A stretch of DNA of 64,000 nt from an uncultured Gammaproteobacteria bacterium (GCA_963783695.1 CAWAOM010000004.1:366271-430270); one strand, 5' to 3'. Shown: positions 20,864 through 31,255, counted from the stretch's first letter. Translations and numbers: made by a program. Notes: a model not told the origin generated them from the letters alone.

Positions 20864-22003
20864 ATGGCGCTCAATACGATTGAAGAAGTCCTCGAGGATC
20901 TGCGGCTTGGCCGGATGGTCGTCATCATGGATGACGAAGATCGCGAGAACGAGGGCGACCTGGTCATGGCTGCCGACCGGGTCACCCCGGACGCCATAAA
21001 TTTCATGGCCCGGTTTGGTCGTGGCCTGATTTGCCTGACCCTGACCCGCGACCGTTGCCGGCAATTGCGTTTACCGCTGATGGTGTCGGATACGGACGAC
21101 CAGCACGGCACCAATTTCACGCTGTCGATCGAGGCGGCGGAGGGCATTACCACGGGCATTTCGGCGCATGATCGCGCGGTCACTGTCGCGGCGGCGGTAA
21201 AGCCCGATGCGAGGCCGGAGGATCTGCGTCAGCCGGGGCATATTTTCCCGCTCATGGCCCAGGCTGGCGGTGTTCTGAGCAGGGCGGGCCATACCGAGGC
21301 AGGGTGCGATCTTGCGCGACTCTCGGGCGCGAGTGAGCCGTCCGCCGTCATCGTCGAAATCATGAACGAGGATGGCACGATGGCGCGGCGGCCCGACCTG
21401 GAAAAATTCGCCGCGCACCACGGTCTCAAGATTGGCACGATTGCCGACCTGATTCGCTACCGCCTGGATAAGGAACCGAGCGTCGAACGGATCATGGAAC
21501 AGGAAGTCAGCACCGCTTTTGGCCGGTGGCACCTGTATTGCTATGACGATTACGTGCATCGCAATGTCCACCTGGCCCTTGTGAAGGGGGACCTTTCGCA
21601 GCAAGATGCGCCGCTCGTTCGGGTGCACTTGCCGGATACGCTGAGGGATGTGGTCGGGGTTCGCAGCCCGGCGCTTGGCTGGCCGCTTGGCGATGCGATG
21701 CAGTGGATCGAGGACGAGGGTGTCGGTGTCGTTATAATCCTGCGTCAGCAAGAGGGTCCGCGCGAACTCATCGATGCCGCTGCCTCGCTGCAGTCAGGGG
21801 CGCACCTGAAGGAGGCCGGGGGCGGCACAGCGCCGATGTTGCGCACCTACGGGATTGGCGCGCAGATTTTGCGTGATCTTGGTGTGCATCGCATGCGCGT
21901 GCTGAGTTCGCCGAAACAGATGCAGGGCATTTCGGGATTCGATCTCGAGGTCGTCGGTTATGTCGACGAGCGCCCGCTCACCGCCAAAGCCGCCGCAGAG
22001 TGA
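20864..22003 (+). CDS. ribBA: 3,4-dihydroxy-2-butanone-4-phosphate synthase / GTP cyclohydrolase II-like fusion
   Basis: DHBP synthase signature [15 protein letters not shown]. The C-terminal GCHII-like half is present, but its activity cannot be judged by eye. Confidence 0.9.
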   Translation: MALNTIEEVLEDLRLGRMVVIMDDEDRENEGDLVMAADRVTPDAINFMARFGRGLICLTLTRDRCRQLRLPLMVSDTDDQHGTNFTLSIEAAEGITTGISAHDRAVTVAAAVKPDARPEDLRQPGHIFPLMAQAGGVLSRAGHTEAGCDLARLSGASEPSAVIVEIMNEDGTMARRPDLEKFAAHHGLKIGTIADLIRYRLDKEPSVERIMEQEVSTAFGRWHLYCYDDYVHRNVHLALVKGDLSQQDAPLVRVHLPDTLRDVVGVRSPALGWPLGDAMQWIEDEGVGVVIILRQQEGPRELIDAAASLQSGAHLKEAGGGTAPMLRTYGIGAQILRDLGVHRMRVLSSPKQMQGISGFDLEVVGYVDERPLTAKAAAE

Positions 22004-22034
22004 TGACAGAAAAAATACATTCAGAGTATGGGAT

Positions 22035-22511
22035 ATGAACAAGACCCGGATCGTTGAAGGCGATCTTGCTGCACGTGATCTGAGACTGGCGATCGTTGCA
22101 ACCCGATTCAACGAGTTCATCGTCGAGAGTCTGGTCAAGTCTGCGGTAGCCACGTTGCGTCGGCACGGCGCTGACCCGTCCAATGTGACGATTATCCATG
22201 TGCCGGGAGCATTTGAGCTGCCGCTGGCGGTCTCGCGAGTCGCCGCCTCGCGGCGTTATGACGGTGTGGTCGCACTCGGCGCGGTTATTCGCGGCGGCAC
22301 CCCGCATTTCGAGTATGTGGCTGGTGAGTGTGCAAAGGGATTGTCCGCCGTTGCGCGCGAGACCGGCGTGCCGGTCGGGTTTGGCGTGCTGACCGTCGAT
22401 ACCATCGAGCAGGCAATCGAGCGCGCCGGCACCAAGGCCGGCAACAAGGGTGCGGAGGCGGCGTTGTCAGTCGTCGAAATGGCCAACCTGATGCGCGAGC
22501 TGGGTAACTGA
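22035..22511 (+). CDS. ribH: 6,7-dimethyl-8-ribityllumazine synthase
   Basis: Start moved to ATG 22035 (MNKTRIVEG). [11 protein letters not shown] motif. Confidence 0.93.
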   Translation: MNKTRIVEGDLAARDLRLAIVATRFNEFIVESLVKSAVATLRRHGADPSNVTIIHVPGAFELPLAVSRVAASRRYDGVVALGAVIRGGTPHFEYVAGECAKGLSAVARETGVPVGFGVLTVDTIEQAIERAGTKAGNKGAEAALSVVEMANLMRELGN

Positions 22512-22512
22512 A

Positions 22513-22962
22513 ATGGGAGGGCGTCCTCCACGCGGCAAGAGGGTGCGCGGACGCCGCCTCGCGCGCGAGCGCGCGATGCAGGCCCTGTACCAATGGCAGA
22601 TCCAGGATCAGCCGATCAAAGACGTCTGCAATCAGTTTCTTTCTGCTGAAGAGAATGCAGGGATTGATACCGAGTATTTCAAGGAACTATTGCTCGGCGC
22701 CGCCGGGCAAAGTGATGATCTGGACTTGCGGATAGCAGAATTTGCCGATCGTCATCCGACGTTGCTGGATCCGGTGGAGCACGCCATCCTGTGGGTCGGC
22801 TTTTACGAATTGTTGAACCGGATCGATGTGCCGTTTCGGGTGGTACTGAATGAGGCGGTCGAACTGACGCGCATATTCGGTGCCGAGGATGGCCACAAGT
22901 ATGTGAATGCGGTCATGGATCGCGCGGCGGCCGAACTGCGTGCCGTCGAACATCGGGCCTAG
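22513..22962 (+). CDS. nusB: transcription antitermination factor NusB
   Basis: RARERAMQALYQW N-terminal region. Conserved position after ribH. Confidence 0.92.
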   Translation: MGGRPPRGKRVRGRRLARERAMQALYQWQIQDQPIKDVCNQFLSAEENAGIDTEYFKELLLGAAGQSDDLDLRIAEFADRHPTLLDPVEHAILWVGFYELLNRIDVPFRVVLNEAVELTRIFGAEDGHKYVNAVMDRAAAELRAVEHRA

Positions 22963-22974
22963 GGCGGCCAGATC

Positions 22975-23526
22975 GTGCCCCTGACGCAGCCGGTCGCGCG
23001 CAGCCCGATCCATGTTCGGGAGATTCGCTGCGAGGGTTTCCGCCGTGACGACGGTCTGTTCGACATTGACGGCCGTATTGTCGACAGCAAGACTTACCCA
23101 TTCGAAAACCGCTTCCGTGGCACCGTCGAGGCCGGCGATCCGGTCCACGATATGTGGCTGCGAATGACACTCAACGACCGCCTCGAGGTCGTGGCGGCGG
23201 AGGCGGTGACCGACAAACATCCGTATCCGGGCTGCGGCGACATCACGCCCGCCTATGGCGCCCTCGTCGGTCTGAGTATCGGGCCGGGCTGGAGTCGGGA
23301 AGTGCGGCGGGCGTTTGTCGGTGTCCGCGGCTGTACTCATATCACCAAATTGCTCGACAACATGGCGGTGGCTGCGCTGCAAACGATCGTGCCGCTGTTG
23401 CAATCGGAGGTGAGCGGAGAGAACCGCCGTCCGCCGCAGATTGACGGGTGTCATGTATTGCGCAGCGACGGCGCTGTCGTGCGTGAGTACTACCCGCGCT
23501 GGTATCGAAACGGTGCCGCTGACTGA
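22975..23526 (+). CDS. DUF2889-like protein
   Basis: GTG start. IHVREIRCEGFRRDDGLFDIDGRIVD..., HPYPGCGDITP and VRGCTHITKLL match my recollection of DUF2889. Not verified by search. Confidence 0.6.
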   Translation: MPLTQPVARSPIHVREIRCEGFRRDDGLFDIDGRIVDSKTYPFENRFRGTVEAGDPVHDMWLRMTLNDRLEVVAAEAVTDKHPYPGCGDITPAYGALVGLSIGPGWSREVRRAFVGVRGCTHITKLLDNMAVAALQTIVPLLQSEVSGENRRPPQIDGCHVLRSDGAVVREYYPRWYRNGAAD

Positions 23527-24484
23527 GTTCGACATCATCGAGCGTTTTTTTGCCGCGGCCGGTTCGGGTCCGCAGCGCGACGATGTGTGTCTGGGTATCG
23601 GTGACGACGCCGCGATTCTCTCCGTCCCGCACGGCCACGATCTCGTCACCGCCGTGGATATGCTGATTCGGGGCCAGCATTTTCCCGATGACATGGCTGC
23701 CGCGGATATCGGCTATCGCGCCATGGCGGTCAATCTTAGCGACATCGCGGCCATGGGTGCGGAGCCGGCGTGGGCAACGCTGGCATTGTCACTGCCCGAG
23801 CCCGATGAGTCGTGGCTTGCAGGGTTCGCTGATGGCCTGCTCGGACTCGCCGCGGAACACGGTGTTGCACTGGTGGGTGGCGATACCGTTAAGGGGCCGC
23901 TGGCGGTATGTGTGCAGATAGCGGGACTCCTGCCAGGCGGCACGGCCTTGCGTCGCGATGGCGCGCGCCCGGGTGATCGCCTGTTTGTTACCGGTGCCCC
24001 CGGTGAAGCCGCTGCCGGACTGGCATTGTGGCAACGCGGTTTGCGCGTCCCCCAGGGGCCGGCGGCGAGGTTGCTGCGTCGGTTCAACCGGCCACAGCCG
24101 CGTGTTGCGCAGGGCCTCGAACTCAGGGGGCTGGCGAACGCATGTATCGATGTGTCCGATGGCCTGGCCGCCGACCTGGGGCATCTCGCGCGGGCCAGCG
24201 GCGTCGGCGCTATTATCGATCTGGATGCGTTGCCTGTATCGGAAGAATTGGCAGAGGTTGCCGACCCGATGCAGGCGCGCAGGTATGTCCTGGGCGGCGG
24301 CGACGACTATGAGCTTTGCTTTGCCGTGCCGCAGCGCGGCTTGCTCGCATTCGAGCGCCGCGCACGCGACTGGCCATGCGCGGTCACGGAGATCGGTGAG
24401 ATCTGTGAACCAGCGGGCTTGTTCGCCAGGGTCGGCGGCGGCACCGAGCCGCTGGAAGAAGGAGGTTTCGAACATTTCCGCTGA
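23513..24484 (+). CDS. thiL: thiamine-monophosphate kinase
   Basis: FDIIERFF...CLGIGDDAAIL N-terminus and a PurM-like fold. The start is uncertain. GTG 23513 is chosen because sequence upstream of it lies inside the DUF2889 gene. Confidence 0.88.
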   Translation: MPLTEFDIIERFFAAAGSGPQRDDVCLGIGDDAAILSVPHGHDLVTAVDMLIRGQHFPDDMAAADIGYRAMAVNLSDIAAMGAEPAWATLALSLPEPDESWLAGFADGLLGLAAEHGVALVGGDTVKGPLAVCVQIAGLLPGGTALRRDGARPGDRLFVTGAPGEAAAGLALWQRGLRVPQGPAARLLRRFNRPQPRVAQGLELRGLANACIDVSDGLAADLGHLARASGVGAIIDLDALPVSEELAEVADPMQARRYVLGGGDDYELCFAVPQRGLLAFERRARDWPCAVTEIGEICEPAGLFARVGGGTEPLEEGGFEHFR

Positions 24485-24497
24485 ATCGTCAAAGCGA

Positions 24498-24983
24498 ATG
24501 GTCACGGCGCGGGAAGTGTTTACCGATCCGGTGCACATTCTCGCATTCGGATTCGGCAGCGGTCTGGCGCCCTTTGCCCCAGGCACGGCCGGTACCCTTG
24601 CCGCGGTGCTGCTCGAGTTGCCGATGCGGCAAATGCCCATGGCGGTCAGGGTCGGAATTCTGGTGGCGGTTTGTATCGCCGGGGTCTGGCTGTGCGGCGA
24701 GAGTGCCCGGCGCCTCGGCGCACACGATCACCCCGGTATCGTGTGGGACGAATTCGCCGGCTATTTCCTGACCATGCTCGCGGCGCCGCCGGGTCTTGTC
24801 TGGAGCGTTGTCGGCTTCGCGCTTTTCCGGGTATTCGACATCCTCAAGCCATGGCCAATACGCGATCTGGATCACAGTATCCCGGGTGGACTCGGCATTA
24901 TGGTAGACGACATTGTGGCAGGGGTATTTGCAGCCATCGGGCTGCTGCTCCTTGTCAGCCTGGTCTCCGGGTCTGGAGGCTAG
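24498..24983 (+). CDS. pgpA: phosphatidylglycerophosphatase A
   Basis: ATG 24498 lies within the longer 23958..24983 ORF. Motifs GTAGTLAAVL, WDEFAGY and DILKPWPIR. Confidence 0.9.
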   Translation: MVTAREVFTDPVHILAFGFGSGLAPFAPGTAGTLAAVLLELPMRQMPMAVRVGILVAVCIAGVWLCGESARRLGAHDHPGIVWDEFAGYFLTMLAAPPGLVWSVVGFALFRVFDILKPWPIRDLDHSIPGGLGIMVDDIVAGVFAAIGLLLLVSLVSGSGG

Positions 24984-25009
24984 GTGGATGCTGAGGAAAA
25001 GGTCACAAC

Positions 25010-26311
25010 TTGAGCGCGCGACGACAAGAGCAGCCGATCCCTGCAAAAATCGGCAAGTACATGATCATCAACGAGGTCGGGCGCGGCAGCACCGGAAACG
25101 TCTACCTCTCCCATGATCCGCAATACGGTCGCGATGTCGCGATCAAGGTATACAACTACCAGTCTGACGACGATGACGACAAGGCACGGGTTGCGCGCAA
25201 GATGTTTTTCAACGAAGCCCATATGGTGGGCAAGTTGCAGCATCCGAATATTCTCCCGATCTACGACGCCGGAGAAGAAAATGGCCGTTATTACGTTGTA
25301 ACCGAACACATTCATGGCGCAAGAACGCTTGCCTCCTACACCAAGCCGGACAACCTGTTGCGCATCGACGATGTCGTCGAGATTATCTACAAGTGCGCCA
25401 AGTCTCTCGCCTATGCGCATGGGCGCGGTGTCATTCATCGTGACATCAAGCCAAGCAACATCATGCTCACGCTCGACAACGATGTTCGGATTATCGATTT
25501 CGGTATTGCGATCGTGCGTGATTCCGACGTGTCGCGGATCGACGGCATCGCCGGCTCGCCGAGTTACATGTCGCCCGAGCAGGTCACCTCGGAGGAGCTG
25601 ACCAGCCGCTCTGACCTGTTCTCACTCGGCGCAACCATGTATGAGTTGCTCACCGGTTTTCGCCCGTTTCGCGCAAGCAACCTGTCGAAGCTCCTGCATC
25701 AGATCGTTTATGCCACGCCGCCGCCCATCCACACGTTACGCGCCGACATCCCGGAGCAGCTGGAACAAACCGTGGCGATGTGCATGCAGAAAGAGCCTGA
25801 AAAGCGTTTCAAGACCGGGGTCGATCTCGCCGCGGATCTCACCCGGATATTCCAGGGCCTGAAAAAGCAGAATGATCGGGTCGACAAGCAGCAGCGCTAC
25901 GAAACCCTGCGCAGACTGCGTTTTTTTCACGAGTTCTCCCATGCCGAGATTTGGGAACTATTGCGTGCCAGTGACTGGCACGACTACGAAAACGGTGAGG
26001 AAATCGTTCGCGAGGGCGAGCGCGACGATCGCTTTTACGTGATCGTTCGCGGCGGAGTCCACGTCGAACAGCAGGATCGCGTCGTCGGCAAGCTGGGCCC
26101 GGGTGATTGTTTTGGCGAGTCCAGCTATGTCCTCGGCGCCCGCCGCACCGCCACCATCCGCGCAGCGGAGACCGTTGCGCTGATCTGCGTCAGTTCCAGT
26201 CTGCTGGAGCAGGCCTCGTCGGCTTGTCAGTTACGCTTTAACAAGGTCTTTCTGCGGACGCTGATCAGGCGGCTGCAAAGTGCCGAACGCCTCGATCTCG
26301 AAGTCGAGTAA
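25010..26311 (+). CDS. Ser/Thr protein kinase fused to a C-terminal cyclic-nucleotide-binding domain
   Basis: Kinase motifs GRGSTGNVYL, AIK, HRDIKPSNIML, DFGIA and GSPSYMSPEQ. The C-terminal cNMP domain has a phosphate-binding cassette FGESSYVLGARRTATIRA. TTG start at 25010 (IGKY precedes the first ATG). Confidence 0.85.
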   Translation: MSARRQEQPIPAKIGKYMIINEVGRGSTGNVYLSHDPQYGRDVAIKVYNYQSDDDDDKARVARKMFFNEAHMVGKLQHPNILPIYDAGEENGRYYVVTEHIHGARTLASYTKPDNLLRIDDVVEIIYKCAKSLAYAHGRGVIHRDIKPSNIMLTLDNDVRIIDFGIAIVRDSDVSRIDGIAGSPSYMSPEQVTSEELTSRSDLFSLGATMYELLTGFRPFRASNLSKLLHQIVYATPPPIHTLRADIPEQLEQTVAMCMQKEPEKRFKTGVDLAADLTRIFQGLKKQNDRVDKQQRYETLRRLRFFHEFSHAEIWELLRASDWHDYENGEEIVREGERDDRFYVIVRGGVHVEQQDRVVGKLGPGDCFGESSYVLGARRTATIRAAETVALICVSSSLLEQASSACQLRFNKVFLRTLIRRLQSAERLDLEVE

Positions 26312-26343
26312 TTGCCGCGCCCTGATTCCGCCAAACGCGACGG

Positions 26344-27177
26344 TTAACCGGCGTCGTCGTCGGCATCCTTGTCGCGTTCGATCAGCGCATAAGCCGAGTG
26401 GTTGTGAATCGATTCAAAGTTCTCCGATTCCACGACATACGCGCGAATGCGCTCGTCATCATTGAGCCTGACGGCGATATCACGAACCATATCCTCGACG
26501 AACTTGGGATTATCATAGGCGCGCTCGGTGACGTACTTTTCGTCGGGGCGCTTGAGAATCCCGTACAGCTCGCATGACGCTTCCGACTCCGCGATGTCGA
26601 TGATTTCCTCGATCCATACGAAGCCGGTAATGCGGGCCTTGATAGTGACGTGCGAACGCTGATTGTGCGCGCCGTACGCGGAGATCTTTTTTGAACACGG
26701 GCACAGGCTGGTCACCGGCACGACGACCTTGATGTAGGTCGTGGTCTCGCCATCGCGGCGGGCGCCAATCAGGCTCGCCTGGTAGTCCATCAGGCTTTCG
26801 ACGCCGGAAATCGGCGCTTTCTTGCTGACAAAATAGGGGAAAGACATCTCGATATGGCCCGCCTGGGCCTCGAGATGGTCGGTCATCTCGGCCAGCATTT
26901 CCCTGAAAGACCTGACCGAGATTTCGCGCTCGTGGCGATGCAGTATCTCGACAAAACGCGACATGTGCGTACCCTTGAAATCATGAGGCAGATTCACGTA
27001 CATGTTGAAATTCGCGATGGTGTGCTGCTCGCCCCCGGAGCGGTCCTTGACCCGCACCGGGTGAAATATGTCCTTGACCCCGACTTTGTTGATCGGAATT
27101 CTTCGGGTGTCGGCGCGACCCTGGACGTCTTCGATTTCGGCTATCGCGACACCAGCCGCGGGGGCCTCTTTGCTCAT
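26344..27177 (-). CDS. folE2: GTP cyclohydrolase FolE2 (type IB)
   Basis: [18 protein letters not shown] and [15 protein letters not shown] motifs. Confidence 0.9.
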   Translation of the reverse strand: MSKEAPAAGVAIAEIEDVQGRADTRRIPINKVGVKDIFHPVRVKDRSGGEQHTIANFNMYVNLPHDFKGTHMSRFVEILHRHEREISVRSFREMLAEMTDHLEAQAGHIEMSFPYFVSKKAPISGVESLMDYQASLIGARRDGETTTYIKVVVPVTSLCPCSKKISAYGAHNQRSHVTIKARITGFVWIEEIIDIAESEASCELYGILKRPDEKYVTERAYDNPKFVEDMVRDIAVRLNDDERIRAYVVESENFESIHNHSAYALIERDKDADDDAG

Positions 27178-27343
27178 GGTTTAATCCTGAAAGTTGATGA
27201 GGGCGAATGGTATGGGCCACAGGTGGCCGTCAATGCCGTCAGAAATTACTGAGTTAGAGCCCCATTATAGACGGCGGGGCGCGCTCAGGCTCATGTGCTG
27301 TGTATTCGCTATGGAGTCGCGTCCGGATTCCGCAGAATCGCGC

Positions 27344-29239
27344 TCAGGCGAGTCCGCCGCCGGGCGCGACCGCCGGCACGCTTGGCCGCCAGTTGTCGAT
27401 GGTGCGGAACAGGGATTCCTCATCCAGGCCGGCATCGGCGAGATTGTCGGTGCGCGATCCATGCTCGATTATCCTGTCGCCGATGCCGATGTTCAGCACC
27501 GGGATCAGCTTGCCGTGCTGTGCGAGGCACTCGATGATCGCCGCCCCTGCGCCGCCTGCCACTACGCCATCTTCCAGCGTAACCAGCGCATCGTGGTTCT
27601 CGGCCATGCGCAAGACCATATCGACGTCCAGCGGTTTGACGAAACGCATATTGACCACGGTGGCATCGAGACGCGCGCCTATGCTTTCCGCCGCCGCAAC
27701 CAGTGCACCGAATGCAAGCAGGGCGATGCCGTTACCCTTGCGTCGCAGCTGTGCCTTGCCGACCGGGAGCGCGCGCATCACCGTTTCCGGCGCTACGCCC
27801 GGACCGCTGCCGCGAGGATAGCGCACGGCCGCCGGGCCATCGAGCTGCAGGCCGGTGAACAACATCTGGCGGCACTCGTCTTCGTCGGCCGGCGCCATAA
27901 TCGTCATGTTCGGCACACAGCGCATAAAGCACATGTCATAAGTGCCTTGATGGGTAGCGCCGTCGCCGCCGACCAGCCCGGCACGATCGATCGCAAACAG
28001 GACCGGCAGATTTTGTAGTGCGACATCATGAATCAGCTGATCATAGCCGCGTTGCAGGAAAGTCGAATAGATTGCCACGACCGGGCGCATGCCTTCGCAG
28101 GCGAACCCGGCGCCCAGCGTGACCGCGTGCTGTTCGGCGATCGCGACATCGAAATAGCGATCGGGGTACTCGCGCGAGTACTGCACCAGCCCCGAACCCT
28201 CCCGCATCGCCGGAGTGATCGCGACGACGCGATCGTCCTGCTCGGCAATATCGCACAGCCACTGGCCAAACACCTGGGAGTAAGAGAGGCCGGCGGCAGC
28301 CTTGGCGCGGAACGTTCCGGTGGCGGGGTCAAACGGGCCCGGTCCGTGCCATTTGATCGGGTCACGTTCGGCGGGGGCGTAGCCTTTGCCTTTGCGCGTG
28401 ACGACATGGAGGAACTGCGGACCTTTGAGGTGCTTCAGGTTTTCCAGCGTTTTGACCAGCGTGTCGAGGTCATGGCCATCGATTGGCCCGATGTAATTAA
28501 GCCCCATTTCCTCGAACAACGTGCCTGGCAGGACCATGCCCTTGACATGCTCTTCCGAGCGCCGCGCCAGCTCCCAGACCGTGGGCATGGTTCGCAGTAC
28601 CTTTTTGCTGCCCTCCCGGATATGTGAGTACAGCTTGCCGGACAACATTTTGGCGAGATAGTTGGACATCGCGCCGACATTTTCCGAAATGGACATGTCG
28701 TTGTCGTTGAGCACCACGAGCATGTCGACGTTCAGGCTGCCCGCATGATTGAGGGCCTCGAAAGCCATGCCGCCGGTCAGCGCGCCGTCGCCGATAACGG
28801 TCACTACCTTGCGTGTCTGGTTCTGCAGTGCCGCGGCAATGGCCATGCCGAGACCCGCCGATACCGAGGTGCTCGAGTGACCGACGCCGAAAACGTCGAA
28901 AGGACTTTCGCCACGCTTCGGGAACGGCGCGAGACCGTGTTTCTTCTTGATCGTCTGCAGTTGATCGCGTCGCCCGGTGATGACCTTGTGTGGATAGGCC
29001 TGGTGGCCGACGTCCCAGATCAGGCGATCATCCGGGGTGTCGAAGACGTAGTGCAGCGCGACGGTCAGCTCGACCGTGCCAAGGCCCGCGGCGAAATGGC
29101 CGCCCATCGTGCTGACGGTCTCGATCAGGTAGCGCCGCAACTCCTCCGCCACAGGGCCAATCTGGTCGGCCGGAAGCCGGCGCAGATCCTCGGGAGAGTC
29201 GATTTTCGACAGCAGCGGAAATATGGAGGAGTCGATCAT
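27344..29239 (-). CDS. dxs: 1-deoxy-D-xylulose-5-phosphate synthase
   Basis: Start moved to ATG 29239 ([20 protein letters not shown]). Motifs [14 protein letters not shown] and the TPP motif [18 protein letters not shown]. Confidence 0.96.
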   Translation of the reverse strand: MIDSSIFPLLSKIDSPEDLRRLPADQIGPVAEELRRYLIETVSTMGGHFAAGLGTVELTVALHYVFDTPDDRLIWDVGHQAYPHKVITGRRDQLQTIKKKHGLAPFPKRGESPFDVFGVGHSSTSVSAGLGMAIAAALQNQTRKVVTVIGDGALTGGMAFEALNHAGSLNVDMLVVLNDNDMSISENVGAMSNYLAKMLSGKLYSHIREGSKKVLRTMPTVWELARRSEEHVKGMVLPGTLFEEMGLNYIGPIDGHDLDTLVKTLENLKHLKGPQFLHVVTRKGKGYAPAERDPIKWHGPGPFDPATGTFRAKAAAGLSYSQVFGQWLCDIAEQDDRVVAITPAMREGSGLVQYSREYPDRYFDVAIAEQHAVTLGAGFACEGMRPVVAIYSTFLQRGYDQLIHDVALQNLPVLFAIDRAGLVGGDGATHQGTYDMCFMRCVPNMTIMAPADEDECRQMLFTGLQLDGPAAVRYPRGSGPGVAPETVMRALPVGKAQLRRKGNGIALLAFGALVAAAESIGARLDATVVNMRFVKPLDVDMVLRMAENHDALVTLEDGVVAGGAGAAIIECLAQHGKLIPVLNIGIGDRIIEHGSRTDNLADAGLDEESLFRTIDNWRPSVPAVAPGGGLA

Positions 29240-29343
29240 TGCGTCCTGGACTGACCGAGCGTGAATCTTCCCCGGAGTTCCGGTCGGGGCGCCTCGGCTA
29301 TTATCACAGCGACGCCGCGCCATGGCAAAGTCCGCCAGCGCCA

Positions 29344-30234
29344 TCAGCCGCTGCGCTGGACGATAAACTGCGACAGTTCAGCCAGCCCGGGGGCGCGGTG
29401 GCCGAGAGGTTTGAGCGCGGATACGGCGTCACGGTGGAGAAGGCGCGCTTTCTCCTTTGCCGCGGCGAGTCCGGCGATACTCGGGTACGTGGGTTTGGCC
29501 CGGGCGGCATCGGCGCCGGTACTTTTGCCCATCAGCTGCTCATCGCCTTCGATATCGAGGATGTCATCCTGGATCTGGAACGCCAGTCCGACACACTCGG
29601 CATATCGTCCCAATGCGTCAAATTCAGCGCTGGTGAGCTCGGGATAGCTCAACGCGCCGAGCAGAACGCTGGCGCGAATCAGCGCCCCGGTTTTCATCCG
29701 GTGCATGTTCTCGAGTTCGTCAAGACTGATAGCGCGGCCGGCGCTTTCGAGATCGATTGCCTGACCACCCGCCATGCCGCTCGGACCGCTGGCTTCGGCC
29801 AGCAGCCGTATCATATCGAGGCGGCGTGGCGCCGACGCGGTCATTGCCGGGTCACTGGAGAGGATGCGAAACGCAACCACCTGCAGGGCATCCCCGGCCA
29901 GGATCGCCGTAGCTTCGTCAAACGCCCTGTGACAGGTGGGTTTGCCGCGACGCAGATCGTCATCGTCCATTGCCGGAAGGTCATCGTGCACCAGCGAATA
30001 GGCATGGATGAGTTCGACCGCGCACGCGGGTCCGTCGAGCGCGTCCGCGGCGACGCCGAGCGCGGTGCCCGCCGTATACACCAGCAGTGGCCGTACTCGT
30101 TTGCCGCCTTCCAGCACGCTGTAGCGCAATGCCTGGTTGAGCCGCTCCGGTTCGCCGGGCTCCGCTTGCAGCCAGGACGCAAGCGCTTTGTCGACCCGGT
30201 CTTTGCAGGCGTCGATGCGGCGTGTCATGTCCAC
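29344..30234 (-). CDS. ispA: (2E,6E)-farnesyl diphosphate synthase
   Basis: First and second Asp-rich motifs [18 protein letters not shown] and FQIQDDILD. Confidence 0.93.
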   Translation of the reverse strand: MDMTRRIDACKDRVDKALASWLQAEPGEPERLNQALRYSVLEGGKRVRPLLVYTAGTALGVAADALDGPACAVELIHAYSLVHDDLPAMDDDDLRRGKPTCHRAFDEATAILAGDALQVVAFRILSSDPAMTASAPRRLDMIRLLAEASGPSGMAGGQAIDLESAGRAISLDELENMHRMKTGALIRASVLLGALSYPELTSAEFDALGRYAECVGLAFQIQDDILDIEGDEQLMGKSTGADAARAKPTYPSIAGLAAAKEKARLLHRDAVSALKPLGHRAPGLAELSQFIVQRSG

Positions 30235-30238
30235 GCCG

Positions 30239-30490
30239 TCAGTCCTGACCGCTATACGGCTCGGTTTCGCTGTCCTCGGCCGCGGAAACGAGCATGTCCA
30301 CGCGCTGCTCGGCAGTTTTCAAAGCCTGCTGGCAGGCGCGGGTCAATTTCACGCCGCGCTCGAATTGTTGCAGAGATTGCTCGAGCGACAGCTCGCCTTG
30401 CTCGAGCGTTTCCACGAGCGTCTCGAGCTCGGCGAGGGCGGTTTCAAATTGAAACTCGGGGGTTTTCGTGGTTTTGGTCACGCGCTTCAA
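30239..30490 (-). CDS. xseB: exodeoxyribonuclease VII small subunit
   Basis: [26 protein letters not shown]. The start is uncertain (TTG 30490 or GTG 30481). Confidence 0.88.
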   Translation of the reverse strand: MKRVTKTTKTPEFQFETALAELETLVETLEQGELSLEQSLQQFERGVKLTRACQQALKTAEQRVDMLVSAAEDSETEPYSGQD

Positions 30491-30619
30491 GCCTCGGTGA
30501 ACTGCCTGCGGGGTTCAGCGAGGGCGATGATGCACGAGCGTCAAAGTCAGGGTCAAACGCGGGATTGGCCGTGCCCGAATCCGCGGCGTCCAGTGCGGCG
30601 AAATCTGGGCATGTACGAA

Positions 30620-30648
30620 TTGACAAGCGCGGCCCCGGCTTCTACAGT
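30620..30648 (+). promoter_or_regulatory. putative sigma70 promoter of the erythrin operon
   Basis: TTGACA (30620-30625), 17-nt spacer, TACAGT (30643-30648). It lies about 105 nt upstream of ATG 30753. Confidence 0.45.
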
Positions 30649-30659
30649 TAGCTTTTACT

Positions 30660-30674
30660 TTAGACTCAGTCTAA
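30660..30674. promoter_or_regulatory. perfect 6-3-6 inverted repeat TTAGAC-TCA-GTCTAA, candidate operator
   Basis: Read directly. It sits 12 nt downstream of the putative -10, so it overlaps the predicted transcription start. Confidence 0.4.
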
Positions 30675-30752
30675 TGTGCGGGCCAGCCGGGCAGATTTGT
30701 TCGTCTGAACACCGAATCGGTACCACCATCATCATCATCAAAGGAGTCAGAA

Positions 30753-31175
30753 ATGGCCGACCTCAAGGGATCGAAAACCGAGCAGAACCTGAAGGATGCA
30801 TTCTCAGGCGAGTCGCAGGCCAACCGCCGCTATCTGTATTTCGCGTCGAAGGCCGACGTCGAGGGTTATAACGACGTTGCGGCTGTATTCCGTTCGACCG
30901 CGGAGGGCGAGACGGGTCATGCGCACGGACATCTCGAGTATCTCGAGGCCGTTGGCGATCCGGCCACCGGGCTGCCGATTGGAGCCACTTCTGCAAATCT
31001 CGCGGCGGCGATCGCCGGAGAGACCCACGAGTACACCGATATGTACCCAGGTATGGCAAGGACAGCCCGCGACGAGGGATTCGACGAGATTGCTGACTGG
31101 TTCGAGACGCTCGCCAAAGCCGAGCGCTCGCATGCCAATCGTTTCCAGAAAGCGCTGGATACGCTCGACGGCTGA
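30753..31175 (+). CDS. rubrerythrin-family diiron protein lacking a rubredoxin domain (erythrin-type)
   Basis: AAGGAG RBS. Diiron ligand pattern [22 protein letters not shown] and KAERSH. 140 aa with no cysteine. Confidence 0.88.
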   Translation: MADLKGSKTEQNLKDAFSGESQANRRYLYFASKADVEGYNDVAAVFRSTAEGETGHAHGHLEYLEAVGDPATGLPIGATSANLAAAIAGETHEYTDMYPGMARTARDEGFDEIADWFETLAKAERSHANRFQKALDTLDG

Positions 31176-31201
31176 ATGCAGCAAGACTGACCGCGGTTCG
31201 C

Positions 31202-31226
31202 GGCCGGAGCGGTTTGCGCTCCGGCC
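31202..31226 (+). other. 10-bp GC-rich intercistronic hairpin without a U-tract
   Basis: ggccggagcg (31202-31211) pairs perfectly with cgctccggcc (31217-31226), loop gtttg. It lies between the erythrin stop and the next start. Confidence 0.5.
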
Positions 31227-31255
31227 GGAACTGCGTTGTGGCTGGGGGAACTGAA

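Noticed and set aside
20197-22034. FMN riboswitch within the rib cluster
   Set aside because: Intergenic gaps between ribD-ribE, ribE-ribBA and ribBA-ribH are 7-31 nt, which is too short for an RFN element.
23958-24497. Long upstream extension of the pgpA ORF (341-aa reading frame)
   Set aside because: The extension lies in an alternative frame of thiL and is Arg/Cys/Ala-rich junk. PgpA homology-like sequence begins at ATG 24498.
27178-27343. Zur box or THF-type riboswitch upstream of folE2
   Set aside because: A perfect TATAAT (minus strand, 27277-27282) is present, but no AT-rich palindrome resembling a Zur/Fur box and no convincing -35 element. Structure could not be evaluated by eye.
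30727-30740. (CAT)4 trinucleotide run just upstream of the erythrin RBS as a phase-variation tract
   Set aside because: Four units is short for slippage-mediated switching. The run lies in the untranslated leader, where length changes would not shift a reading frame.
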